Positions 40,596 to 49,974 of a stretch of 64,000 bases of DNA are shown here, one piece after another. Position 1 is the first letter of the stretch; each line of letters begins with the position of its first letter. The notes beneath the pieces were generated by a model, which did not search any database, was not told where the DNA came from, and saw nothing but the letters and a program-made list of their open reading frames with translations. Source of the stretch: Myxococcota bacterium (GTDB taxonomy: Bacteria; Myxococcota_A; UBA796; GCA-2862545); contig JBCCQY010000027.1 of the NCBI GenBank assembly GCA_039208735.1, positions 1 to 64,000 of the forward strand. Reading direction: 5' to 3'. The position numbers and the translations under genes were made by a program.

Positions 40596-41218
40596 GTGGA
40601 CTCCTGACCGTAAAGCACAACGGGAATAGGTGCCAAGTCGCTGCCAACCTCTAGTGCGGCAAATCCCCGTAGGGTTTCCTTGGGTGTGACATCACCGAAG
40701 GCCAGCGTGACGACCACCGTGATGGTTTCTCCCGGACGGAGATGGATGGTGGCAGGGCTGAACGAGGTCTGCCACGTCTGTTTGCCCAGCTGGATCGTGG
40801 TCGGGAACCGAGCTGACAGCCACTGCCCCAGCCGGTTCTCAATGAGAAGTTCGCCTTTGGCTTCGTCAGACGATGCTCTGCGCAGTTCGAGTGGCCGATC
40901 AACTCGGTGGGGCGCGGAGCGTTGGGTTGAAGTCGCGCCCGATGTCCCTTCGAGCCAGCCGATGAGGACCCGGTGGGCGCGCGTCTGGAGTTGGAGGACC
41001 TCTCGTAAGGTTCGGACCGCCAAATCTACCGAATCGTAAGCAATGCCATGCGGGGAATCCTGATTGTGCGAGGAATCCGGACGTTCGCTTAAGGAGTCAA
41101 AGCGGACTTTGGCCTCGAGAGCATCCGCGAGGCCACGAACCAGTTCGTCCTCTCGTTCATGGCGTGCTCGAGCCTCCGCTCGGCCCGCCGATTTGATGTC
41201 GTCGTCCCGTTCGCCCAT
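40592..41218 (-). CDS. hypothetical protein with an Ig-like C-terminal half
   Basis: GAGGT RBS; helical N-half; C-half SFSPATIHLRPGETITVVVTL. Confidence 0.7.
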   Translation of the reverse strand: MGERDDDIKSAGRAEARARHEREDELVRGLADALEAKVRFDSLSERPDSSHNQDSPHGIAYDSVDLAVRTLREVLQLQTRAHRVLIGWLEGTSGATSTQRSAPHRVDRPLELRRASSDEAKGELLIENRLGQWLSARFPTTIQLGKQTWQTSFSPATIHLRPGETITVVVTLAFGDVTPKETLRGFAALEVGSDLAPIPVVLYGQEST

Positions 41219-41226
41219 GCGCTACC

Positions 41227-42315
41227 TCACCGCGTGCGCGCGACGACATACGCCGTCAATCCAGCGAGGAAGTCCCAATGCACGGATGTCGTCGCTGGGA
41301 CACGATGCAACGAGGACGTCGCGGAGTCAAAGGCACGACGAGCCCGAATCGCACGCAATCGAGCCTGTTCTTTGGCGTAAGAGATGCTTCCCGCTTCGCG
41401 GATGCGATTGTGAAGCCAGTGAATCTGGTCCCAGTGTTGCTTCGAGTGGTCACGGTTGGGATCCTCCGGCCGGGGCGCCGTGAGGATCGACAATGCTTGG
41501 TCTCGCTCCGACGGGGTTGCATGGCGGAGAAAATGCAACACGATGAGGGTGCGCTTCCCCTCCCATAAGTCGCCTGCAATCTCTTTTCCGTAGCTGGCTG
41601 CCGTGCCTTCGAGGTTGAGGACATCGTCGGTGATCTGAAACGCAGCCCCCATCAAGGTAGCCCACCTTAAAAGTGAGGAAAGGCGTTGCTCTGGCACGCC
41701 GGCCAGGATCCCCCCCACCCGAATGGGAGTGAGGAAGGTGTACCAAGTCGTTTTCCGATGGACCATGCGTAGATAGTCGCGAGCCGAGAGCTGCCATTGT
41801 CCGCGTCGAATCCAGCCAAGCTCGATGGCTTGCCCCTCCGCCGACCGCCGCGACATCTCAGCGATGGCGCTCAAGACTCGCAACGCTGGCCCCAACCCGA
41901 CGAGAGCGGTGTTGTCGAGGAGTGGACCGAGGCACAACCCAAGCATTGCATCGCCCGTGTTGATCGCCAGCGGCACGCCAGCCACACGGTGGAGCGTTGG
42001 CGCATCACGGCGGGCCCAGCTGCCATCCTCAATGTCGTCGTGGATCAGAAACGCGTTGTGGTAAAGCTCAAGGACCGCTGCAGTGGGAAGCACCGCCTCA
42101 GACCGGCCTCCAAGTGCACGGCAGACCGCGTAGGCTAACGCAGGTCGTAGCATCTTCGCTTCGCGAAACGGGTACTCGCGAACCAGATCGTAGAGGTCTG
42201 CGTCGAACGGGGTGTTGTTGGGCACGATGCGCTCTATCTCCGCGAGGACTTTTCTTCGCACCTCGAGAAGATAGTCTTGAACGTCTTTTTCGGAGAGAGG
42301 GGGCGAGCTTGACAT
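41227..42315 (-). CDS. polyprenyl (GGPP-type) diphosphate synthase
   Basis: KMLRP, HNAFLIHDDIEDGS..RR (FARM), GQAIEL, KTTWYT, FQITDDVLN (SARM), EGKRT. Confidence 0.93.
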   Translation of the reverse strand: MSSSPPLSEKDVQDYLLEVRRKVLAEIERIVPNNTPFDADLYDLVREYPFREAKMLRPALAYAVCRALGGRSEAVLPTAAVLELYHNAFLIHDDIEDGSWARRDAPTLHRVAGVPLAINTGDAMLGLCLGPLLDNTALVGLGPALRVLSAIAEMSRRSAEGQAIELGWIRRGQWQLSARDYLRMVHRKTTWYTFLTPIRVGGILAGVPEQRLSSLLRWATLMGAAFQITDDVLNLEGTAASYGKEIAGDLWEGKRTLIVLHFLRHATPSERDQALSILTAPRPEDPNRDHSKQHWDQIHWLHNRIREAGSISYAKEQARLRAIRARRAFDSATSSLHRVPATTSVHWDFLAGLTAYVVARTR

Positions 42316-42446
42316 CTCAGGATTCCGACCGAACCTAACGTCCAGTTGAGAGCGTATTGTTGCCGCTTGCGACCGCCCCGCCCATCCCCCAACTGGGGGA
42401 TGGACTGGATGTCTACGCTCCCCACTTCCGGATCGACCGAAGCCCG

Positions 42447-42884
42447 ATGTCCTCCCGAGGTCAGGGGATATCCCCGATTCCGAAGAGCCTGCACGCTTGT
42501 GGAGTCCGACCTCGATGGGTTGGCAGGAGGATGGCATTGCCGGATGTTCGGCTTCGGGTCTCGGTTCGCCCTGAAGGACCAACGCAGTGGCTGCTTCAGT
42601 GCACATTTAACGGTGGTGAGGTGCTCCCGTACCAGCCCTTCAAAGATTCCCTCATTGGCGAGGTTGATCCTTTGTTTGTGGGGGTTGGCCCCGCTTCGGT
42701 GGTGACCGTCGTTCGCCCCGCGGTCGGGGGCTCGGTCGTTCGCGTTCACAGCAGCACGCAAGGCGGCCCCTGGAGGCTCATCGGCGAAGAGGTGGGCGGA
42801 CCGAACCAAGATGTCAGGATTGAAGGGAACTACGTGCCGGAAGCAAGTGACGATGATCCTCTAGACCCGTGGGGTGTCGCGTGA
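42447..42884 (+). CDS. hypothetical protein
   Basis: Open frame whose stop overlaps the next GTG (GTGA); start is uncertain. Confidence 0.5.
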   Translation: MSSRGQGISPIPKSLHACGVRPRWVGRRMALPDVRLRVSVRPEGPTQWLLQCTFNGGEVLPYQPFKDSLIGEVDPLFVGVGPASVVTVVRPAVGGSVVRVHSSTQGGPWRLIGEEVGGPNQDVRIEGNYVPEASDDDPLDPWGVA

Positions 42885-44110
42885 TCGCCCTATGCTTCGT
42901 GACGATCACACTCGCCTCCGAACCCAGACAAGCCATGTCGTCGGCCCACTCCGGAACCCTTCCTACGACCACCAACACGAGTCTGGCTCCCGTTATCACT
43001 GACCTTTTGTCGGCTACCATTGGGGCCTCAGAAGCCGGCTCCACGGTCACCGCAACTGCGGCACTTCATCCCTACTTCAAACGGTATGTGGGAGATCTCC
43101 GAGTCGGGGTACGGAGCGACCCCGACTCGTTCACCGTGTTCGGAGCCTATGGCTTCCACAGTGCTTCTAGGGACGTGGAACCAGCCCGTGCGTCCGAGGA
43201 ATGCTCGGCGCAGGCGCTCCTATCGGGGGACGCCAAGCAGCTTAGGAGCAGGCTTGAGCAATTCGATGCGCATCCCGAGTGGCTCTCAACCCCAACCCTC
43301 GGTCTACCTCCCCTCACAGATTCGGCGACGGAACGATTTCTCTGGCACATCAACAGTGCAGCAATCGTGTTGGGGAATAGCGCCGACGAGATAACGGATC
43401 CGGACGTTCGGGGGGAAGTGGAGCGACTCCTCCGAGAGCTGGCCTTGGCCCAAAAGAGCCTCAATTCGAAGCGCACCAATTGTCTGTCGATGAACCTCGA
43501 TCGCTCCGTGGGCCGGGCACGCACGCTGCAGCTCACCAGTTCTGTCACAGTCTTTCCGCTACTCCGAGAACCACCAGTGGCATCGGACACGATGGACGGA
43601 ACCTTCACCGACCCTACCAAGTCTCTGCTAAAGGACTACTCCATCGGATTGCAAGGTGGGTTCTTTCCTGGCCCTAAACTCGGGATCTGGCCGACCGCTT
43701 CCCTGTCGCGACGCCGACCGGACGCAGCCCAGGACACCCCCCTAGATACCCGACTCGGTGGATCACTGACTGTCTCCGTCGCCCTTACCAACTGGACGTT
43801 GAACAAAGAACGGTTCCGTCCCATCGTCGCGTTGGGGGCCACGGCGGAGCGCACCTGGTGCCTTGAACGCCCCTGTCTTCAGGCTATCCGTCCTACCTTC
43901 GCAAAGGGCACTCCGGTGGATCACGTTTCGGCGATCACGCCGTTTTGCGACGTGCGCATTTCGCAGAAGGTCCAGTTTGGTCTTGCCGTGCCGCTGCAGT
44001 GGTTTGGAACGTCGGAGGCCCCCGCGATGACCGATCCCAACACCGAAACGGACGTCATCTTTCGAACCCTGCCGTTGGTCCGTATGTCTTTGCAGACATG
44101 GTCCCTGTAG
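42881..44110 (+). CDS. hypothetical secreted / outer-membrane protein
   Basis: Hydrophobic N-terminus, beta-strand-rich C-half ending MSLQTWSL. Confidence 0.62.
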   Translation: MIALCFVTITLASEPRQAMSSAHSGTLPTTTNTSLAPVITDLLSATIGASEAGSTVTATAALHPYFKRYVGDLRVGVRSDPDSFTVFGAYGFHSASRDVEPARASEECSAQALLSGDAKQLRSRLEQFDAHPEWLSTPTLGLPPLTDSATERFLWHINSAAIVLGNSADEITDPDVRGEVERLLRELALAQKSLNSKRTNCLSMNLDRSVGRARTLQLTSSVTVFPLLREPPVASDTMDGTFTDPTKSLLKDYSIGLQGGFFPGPKLGIWPTASLSRRRPDAAQDTPLDTRLGGSLTVSVALTNWTLNKERFRPIVALGATAERTWCLERPCLQAIRPTFAKGTPVDHVSAITPFCDVRISQKVQFGLAVPLQWFGTSEAPAMTDPNTETDVIFRTLPLVRMSLQTWSL

Positions 44111-44257
44111 GCCGGACCTAAGCCCTGCGGTCAGCCGCCGAGGTGATCCAAGCGCTCGGCTGTCAGCACCAGCACCGAGCGAAACCACCGATCTTCGGCC
44201 GACTTGTCGACTGGGGGAGCCACGCCAACATCATCGTGTAGTCCTCAAGAGGTACAC

Positions 44258-44527
44258 GCCCGACTCTCCAACGGTGCGCTGCTCGTAGCGGGTAAGACGT
44301 GGACCGGTTTCGCCGACTCCGAAGAGCAGTACGCGGACGACTTCGTCGGCCAAAAGATTCAGCCCTTCTGGATCGAAACTGAGGCCCGCAAGCTCGAAGG
44401 GACCAATTTTGTCGTCGACCAGATGTTTCGCCCGTTTGCGATGCGCGACGGCAACCTGATCACGGGGCAGCAGCAGTACTCCGGTGCCGAGGCCGCGAAG
44501 CTCGTCATCGAGGCCGTTGGACGCTGA
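44258..44527 (+). pseudogene. C-terminal fragment of a DJ-1/PfpI (type 1 GATase-like) gene
   Basis: ARLSNGALLVAGKTWTGFADSEE...DGNLITGQQQYSG; the N-terminal ~150 aa, including the catalytic Cys region, is absent. Confidence 0.8.
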
Positions 44528-44607
44528 GGAGAAGCCGATGACCCCAGAGGACGTCAATGACGATCGTCGCACGATGTTCCTTTGCACCCTCTTTAGGAGA
44601 GAACACG

Positions 44608-45228
44608 ATGGAGATCGCCGTTATTGGAGCCGGTCGCGTCGGTAGCACACTCGGAGCGCGTCTTGCTTTCGCGGGGCATCAGGTGCACTACGCCCGTCGA
44701 AACCCGTCGGAACCCGCGCCGGACCCGCTGCGCCACGAAAGGTCAACCACCGGGTCGGCTCGCGATGTCGTCGGCCGCTCGGAAGCAGTGCTGTTGGCGA
44801 CGCCGTGGGCCAAGACGGAGGAAGCTCTTGCCTCCGTCGGGGACTTTGGTGGCCGACCGCTTCTCGACGCGACCAATCCCATCGGTCCTGGCTTTGCGCT
44901 GACCCATGGCCACGACGATTCGGGCGCGGAGCAAGTTCAGCGTTGGGCGCCCACCTCCCGCGTCGCCAAGGTGTTCAACACCACGGGCCTCGAGAACATG
45001 GCGAACCCTCAGTATGCGTTCGGTCGGGCCGTCATGCTCGCGTGTGGGGACGACGACGACGTTCGGGAGTTAGCCGTGCGCCTTGCGAAGGACGTGGGAT
45101 TCGACGCCAAGCCCTTCGGACCGCTCGCCAGCGCTCGACTTCTCGAACCCATGGCATTGGTCTGGATCAAGCTGGCGATGAGCTATGGAATGGGCCGAGA
45201 ATTCGCGTTTGGAATGCTCCACCGATGA
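44608..45228 (+). CDS. NADP oxidoreductase, coenzyme F420-dependent family (dinucleotide-binding)
   Basis: AGGAG RBS; IAVIGAGRVG, LLDATNP, SGAEQV, KVFNT, GPLASARLLEP. Confidence 0.9.
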   Translation: MEIAVIGAGRVGSTLGARLAFAGHQVHYARRNPSEPAPDPLRHERSTTGSARDVVGRSEAVLLATPWAKTEEALASVGDFGGRPLLDATNPIGPGFALTHGHDDSGAEQVQRWAPTSRVAKVFNTTGLENMANPQYAFGRAVMLACGDDDDVRELAVRLAKDVGFDAKPFGPLASARLLEPMALVWIKLAMSYGMGREFAFGMLHR

Positions 45229-45317
45229 CGATTGCATCGAGAGGCTTGTCGGGGGCCCGCGCTCTCGCGTGAAACGGTAAGGCCGCTCGACGAACCACTT
45301 CCGTGGAGGGCGAGCGA

Positions 45318-45734
45318 ATGACGTGGCTGGTGGCAAGTGCGTTGGCGAACACGGGATCGATGGCGGTACCGGTGCCTGGTTCGATCTCGCAGGAGGGCGT
45401 TCAGGTCACCGCCTTTCGACGTGGTGAAACCGTAGTCTTCGAAGTCGACGTGCCCTGTGGAATGCACGTCTACGGTCGCAAGGAGAAGCTCGGCCTTCCC
45501 CTCGCCGTGATCGTTGATGGCAAGAAGGTCCGGGCCACGGTTCCGCCTGGCGAACGCACCGTGACCCACCCCGAGCTGCCGCCCTCCTACTGGCTCGAAG
45601 GCCTCGTGACCCTCGAAGCTCGCACCGAGGCGCACGCCGGAGAGTTGCGGGTGCAGGCTTGCACGGACGACACCTGCTACCCACCCGAACGGTTGCCTTG
45701 GTCGGTGTCGCTCCCCGAGTCGCCTGCGAAGTGA
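45318..45734 (+). CDS. stand-alone DsbD N-terminal-like (protein-disulfide reductase) domain
   Basis: GMHVYG and VQACTDDTCYPP motifs; GGAGG RBS. Confidence 0.78.
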   Translation: MTWLVASALANTGSMAVPVPGSISQEGVQVTAFRRGETVVFEVDVPCGMHVYGRKEKLGLPLAVIVDGKKVRATVPPGERTVTHPELPPSYWLEGLVTLEARTEAHAGELRVQACTDDTCYPPERLPWSVSLPESPAK

Positions 45735-45854
45735 CGACAATGGAGTTCGTGGGCCGCTGAACCGCCTCATACGTACCCGGTGGCGCCCCCTTTGTAATCG
45801 ACCTCGACGAAACCTGTGCAAGCAGATAGCAGACCCGCGACATCGTGATGAAGA

Positions 45855-45996
45855 GGCATCAGGAGTACGGGAAGCCGGTGAGAGTCCGGCGCGGTCCCGC
45901 CACCGTGTTCGGCCTGCGCCTCCCTCAATACGCCACTGCGAAAGCGGGAAGGCGAGGGAGGAGATGAGCCGTCAGCCGGGAGACCGACCTGGTGCC
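45855..45996 (+). ncRNA. cobalamin riboswitch
   Basis: GGGAAgccGGTGagAgTCCggcgCggtCCcgCcACcGTg core, GCCACTG...GGGAAGGC, AGCCgGgAGACC B12-box-like 3' end; P1 GGCATCAGG/CCTGGTGCC. Confidence 0.92.
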
Positions 45997-46097
45997 ACCC
46001 TTGCGACGTCCCCGGGTCAGGGACGATGGGTAGGTGCATGCGGAATTCGCCGCGTGATGTAGCCACTCTCGACCGGGATGAACGGATAGGAGAGAGT

Positions 46098-46658
46098 ATG
46101 CTTCATCGGGCCTTCTTCCTCGGCGCCATCCTTGCCGCGTGCGCCGATGGTTCCGACGACAAGATGAACACCGGCGATACCGCGGCGGATGCCGATGCGG
46201 ACACCGACGCCGATACGGACGCCGACACCGACGCGGATACGGATGCCGACACCGACGCGGATACGGACGCCGACACCGACGCAGATACCGACGCAGATGT
46301 GCTGGATATCGCCGGGACTTATATGTCGAACTTCGGCGCGACCTTCCAGATCTCCGAGATGGAGGTCTCGGTGGACTACGGAACGCCGGACATCTACGCG
46401 GTGGCGAGTTTCGACAATGCCGCCGGTGTCATCATCGCACAGAACGCAACGATGAACGCCTATAATGGTGATTTATGGTCGCGATTCGAATATGTGGTTG
46501 ACGGGAAAACCGTGTTTTGGTGCCAGCAGGCATTCGCCGCGGAGACCCAGCTCGACGCCGAGAACGCCGAGCCCGCCAACCGCGATGATCCGTCGATGGG
46601 CGGCTGTGGCGTTCCCGTGAACAACTTCCCCTATACGGTACTCACGCCCCCGAAGTGA
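46098..46658 (+). CDS. B12-riboswitch-associated lipoprotein with a (DADT)n linker
   Basis: AGGAG RBS; lipobox ILAAC; acidic DADT repeats, then a ~120 aa domain with two Cys. Confidence 0.82.
   Translation: MLHRAFFLGAILAACADGSDDKMNTGDTAADADADTDADTDADTDADTDADTDADTDADTDADTDADVLDIAGTYMSNFGATFQISEMEVSVDYGTPDIYAVASFDNAAGVIIAQNATMNAYNGDLWSRFEYVVDGKTVFWCQQAFAAETQLDAENAEPANRDDPSMGGCGVPVNNFPYTVLTPPK
46185..46298 (+). repeat. coding 12-bp tandem repeat encoding (DADT)n
   Basis: GACGCCGATACG / GACGCGGATACG / GATGCCGACACC variants in tandem. Confidence 0.9.
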
Positions 46659-46698
46659 CCTAGGACACGGCGGGCTTCGTCGCTCCGCGCCGGCGGGC

Positions 46699-47766
46699 TC
46701 ACGCGGGATCCCGCACGGCAAGGTCGTAGGGCGCGAACGTGCCCCTGAACCAGTCATCCGGCGGCGGTAGGGGGCCGCAATCCGATCGGGATAACGGTAC
46801 CAATCCCCCGGCGGTGGACGGGTCCTCCCAGCCTCGGCGGGCGGCGATCCACACGGTGTCGTCCAGCACCGCGATGTTCGAAAGGAACACCGAGATGGGC
46901 TCAGTCTGGCCCACCAGGGGGCCGTCCCACGCCTCCAGGCACCTGACCGTGTGCTCTGAACAAAACAGGCAGGGTCGGGTGATCACGTAGGTCGATCCAT
47001 CGTTGGCTACCGTCAGCGCGCCGATGGTGTCGTCGAGCCCATCGGGACGAACCGGGCCCGAGACCCTGCCGTCCGCCTGCACGCGCCACAGGCCGTCTTC
47101 GCATGCCGCGACCGCGCCGCCGTCCGGGTGCGCCTCCAGCACCGGGTTCGGCCCTACCGGCAGCATGCGGACCACCGAGAGTTCCACTGGGTCGATCACC
47201 GCCACCCGCCCCTGTGGGTCGGCGGTCCAGTTGTTGTCTCGGTCGAGGCGCTGGAGCCCCACGAGCACGAGGTCGCCCTCCGCCACCGCGCTCGACATCT
47301 CCGGGATGCCGTCGATGTCGGCTTCACCAGCGAGATCGACCACACCGAGCAGATCGCCCGTGTTGGGGTCGAGCACCCACGCCTCGGTCTCTTCGTACCG
47401 GGTGACCAGCCAGCGCCCCGCCGCGGCGGCGACGGCGTGTGGGTTGGAGCCGCGTTCCGTGGACACCTCCCAGGTGGGGGCGCCGCCGAGCACATCGTAT
47501 CGACGGATTGTGTCCATCCCCAGGCGATTGATGGCCACCACGACGGGGCCAACCGTGTCCACGACGGCATCGCCATGCAGCGATGTGACATCGACGGGCG
47601 AGCCACCCCCATCGGGGACCACGGCCAGCCCCCCTGCGCTGTAGTCGTCGGAGGCGGTCACGGTGACCAGCCGCGCGTCGTTCGGGATGGCCATCGGTTC
47701 GGGGTCGGTCGTCGTACAGGAGATGGACAGCGCCGCGAGCCCGGCGAGGCGGTGAGCATGCGTCAT
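46699..47766 (-). CDS. YncE-like beta-propeller lipoprotein, partner of the TonB receptor
   Basis: Lipobox LSISC; GSNPH, VTRYE, DGIPEM, LQRLDR, VAVIDP propeller motifs; ATGA-coupled to the receptor. Confidence 0.78.
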   Translation of the reverse strand: MTHAHRLAGLAALSISCTTTDPEPMAIPNDARLVTVTASDDYSAGGLAVVPDGGGSPVDVTSLHGDAVVDTVGPVVVAINRLGMDTIRRYDVLGGAPTWEVSTERGSNPHAVAAAAGRWLVTRYEETEAWVLDPNTGDLLGVVDLAGEADIDGIPEMSSAVAEGDLVLVGLQRLDRDNNWTADPQGRVAVIDPVELSVVRMLPVGPNPVLEAHPDGGAVAACEDGLWRVQADGRVSGPVRPDGLDDTIGALTVANDGSTYVITRPCLFCSEHTVRCLEAWDGPLVGQTEPISVFLSNIAVLDDTVWIAARRGWEDPSTAGGLVPLSRSDCGPLPPPDDWFRGTFAPYDLAVRDPA

Positions 47767-49742
47767 GGGGTCTCCAAAGGAGGGTGGAACCGTAAAGAAA
47801 GCCAGCCCGTGCGCCCAGGCAGCGGGTAGCCGACGAAATCGGTGATGGGGGCGGGGATCGACGTGTCCTCCGCGCCGAGCGGGTCCCGATCGACGGGGCC
47901 CGTCCGGACGTTCAACAGGTTGTCGAGGTCCACCGACAGCGTGAACCAGCCGGATGGCTCGGTCCAGGACAGCGAAGCCCCAAGCAAGGTCCGTTGCGGC
48001 TGAGCCACGATGCCCTGGGGGTCGACGGGGACCGCCGAGGTGTGATCGATGTCGAGGCCGGCTTCAAGCCCGAGTCCCGGCCGTCCCCAGATCCGGCCCC
48101 ACAGCCGCGCTGGTGCGACGAACGGGACCGGGCGCCCTGCACGGGTCGGATCGTCGGTGGTCTGGATCGCATGGGTGAGGGAGCCGCTAGCCCGAATGCC
48201 GATCCGTTCGTCATAGGACAGGGCGGCTCCGAGATCGCCACCGACCGTGCGCGTGCGCCCGAAGTTGACGGCGACCAAGGTGCGCTGGGTGTTCTGCAGC
48301 CACCCGATCGCATCGCGCGCAACCACCGCGTAGGCCGCGAGTTCGGTGGCCAGTGCAAGGTCTCCGGCTCGGCTCACCCGCACCCCCAGCTCCGTTTTCC
48401 AGGCGCGCTCGGGGAGCAGGTTCGGATTTCCGATGAGTGCCCCGCGATCGCCATACAGCTCGGTCAGGTCGGGGGGACGAAAGCCTGCCCCGCCCGAGGC
48501 CCAGACGGCGATGGCGGGGCTTGGTTGGAACCGTAGAACGGTCCCGGGTAGCACAGCGCCGGTGGACTCGGGTTCCGGATCGACGCTCATCAGGCCGCGG
48601 ACGTCGAGGCCAGGAATGATCTGCAGCGTGTCGCCCAAGTGGATCGGCAAATCCACGGCGGCACCGAGCCCGTAGCGCGACGCGGTGAGCGCTGGCGATG
48701 CCTCGTCCCCATCCCGACGATCGAAGCCCTCCCGCCGTACGTCCACCGACCCGCGGAGGGCGGTGGCGGTAAACAGGGCCCCCTGGCCCCAAAGGCGCGC
48801 GCCCACCGTGCCCGTGCGGAAACGCTGGACGCCCGGAACGCGCGGGAGGGACTGATCGGGGTCGCTCAAGCGTTCGGTGCGCCCAAGGAACCACAGGCCG
48901 CCTCCGATCCGACTCGCGCCCACGACCCCCTCACCGTCGACTCCCGCGAGGCCTCGCCAGGTGGTGAGGCGGGCGCCGGGCAGAGGCAGACCGATCGGAC
49001 CGGGCAGTCCCTCCTCGCGACCCGCTACCGAAGCCAGCAGGGTTGCGCGTTTGAGGTCGTCACCAATCCGCACCCGGAGCAGACCCGCGCCCTGGCGCCG
49101 GTCGTTGTTCTCGCGGAGGCGTGTCTCGTCGTCGCCCACGTCGTACCGGGTGCCTCCGTCGTCGGGGAAGCTGAAGTCCCCTGCGGTGTCGAGCACGTCG
49201 CCTGCGACAAGAAGGTCGCCGGGCACCGACCCGCCCCACGGAAGGCTGCCCGCCAAAGACCCGCGGGTCGAGTCGAAGCTGCCACGAGCCACCTCGCCTT
49301 GAACGAAGCGGGCGCCAGAGCGAGTGATCAGGTCCACCACTCCGCCGATCGGGGCCGCGCCGACGGTCGCCGGGGGCCGTCCCGGGGTCACCAAAATGGA
49401 CGCAAGCCCGGCCAGGGGCCAGCGGGAGAGGTCCACCGCTTCGACGCCGTCCGGGTTCAGCGGGATCCCATCAAGGCGGACGAGCGACTGGCGAAACGCC
49501 GTCCCCCGCAAGCTCACGCCGGCAAACGCGCCGAGGCCGCCGAGACGACGCACCCGCACGCCGGGAACCGTCGCAAGCACGTCCTCAAGCCCATCGGCCG
49601 GTCGAGCGACGTCGTCCACCCGGACTTCCGTGGTGCCCGGCGGGGGGCCGGAGTCGCGTTTGGCGGTGACCGTGATCTGCACCGGCTCCTCGGCCGACGC
49701 GGTGACGGCGTAGGTCGCGAGCCACAGCCCGCCCAAGCTCAC
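47763..49742 (-). CDS. TonB-dependent receptor, BtuB-like
   Basis: ITVTA TonB box, plug VPGVRVRRLGG...VSLRG...LDGIPLN, FRPPDLTELYG, GNPNLLPE, GYPLPGRT. Confidence 0.88.
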   Translation of the reverse strand: MSLGGLWLATYAVTASAEEPVQITVTAKRDSGPPPGTTEVRVDDVARPADGLEDVLATVPGVRVRRLGGLGAFAGVSLRGTAFRQSLVRLDGIPLNPDGVEAVDLSRWPLAGLASILVTPGRPPATVGAAPIGGVVDLITRSGARFVQGEVARGSFDSTRGSLAGSLPWGGSVPGDLLVAGDVLDTAGDFSFPDDGGTRYDVGDDETRLRENNDRRQGAGLLRVRIGDDLKRATLLASVAGREEGLPGPIGLPLPGARLTTWRGLAGVDGEGVVGASRIGGGLWFLGRTERLSDPDQSLPRVPGVQRFRTGTVGARLWGQGALFTATALRGSVDVRREGFDRRDGDEASPALTASRYGLGAAVDLPIHLGDTLQIIPGLDVRGLMSVDPEPESTGAVLPGTVLRFQPSPAIAVWASGGAGFRPPDLTELYGDRGALIGNPNLLPERAWKTELGVRVSRAGDLALATELAAYAVVARDAIGWLQNTQRTLVAVNFGRTRTVGGDLGAALSYDERIGIRASGSLTHAIQTTDDPTRAGRPVPFVAPARLWGRIWGRPGLGLEAGLDIDHTSAVPVDPQGIVAQPQRTLLGASLSWTEPSGWFTLSVDLDNLLNVRTGPVDRDPLGAEDTSIPAPITDFVGYPLPGRTGWLSLRFHPPLETP

Positions 49743-49807
49743 AGGCCAGCCGGGTTTTTGGCATCGGGGGTGCACGCAGCGAGCAGGGCGACGGTGAGCA
49801 AACGCAT
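49739..49807 (-). other. 22-codon lipoprotein-signal-only ORF coupled to the TonB receptor start
   Basis: GAGGT RBS; MRLLTVALLAACTPDAKNPAGL*; stop overlaps the receptor GTG (GTGA). Confidence 0.45.
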
Positions 49808-49974
49808 GAGACCTCGAGGGTGAACCCTCTCCATGACGGACCGCGCCGACCATGTCAGCCGTAGGTGGCGGCGTCGGAGAAGGAGTACCGTGTGGGGCTT
49901 GGAACCGCTACGATAGCCCCCGTGAGCCAGCTGGTCGACGGTCGCCAGTTTGTGCCTCTTGAGGAATTTGCTTG

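Noticed and set aside
35853..42315. Calling the operon a standard carotenoid or hopanoid cluster
   Set aside because: No crtB/hpnCD/shc homologue is present, so specific gene symbols are not justified.
46185..46298. Regular repeat considered as a CRISPR array
   Set aside because: 12-bp coding repeats with synonymous variation, no spacers and no cas genes.
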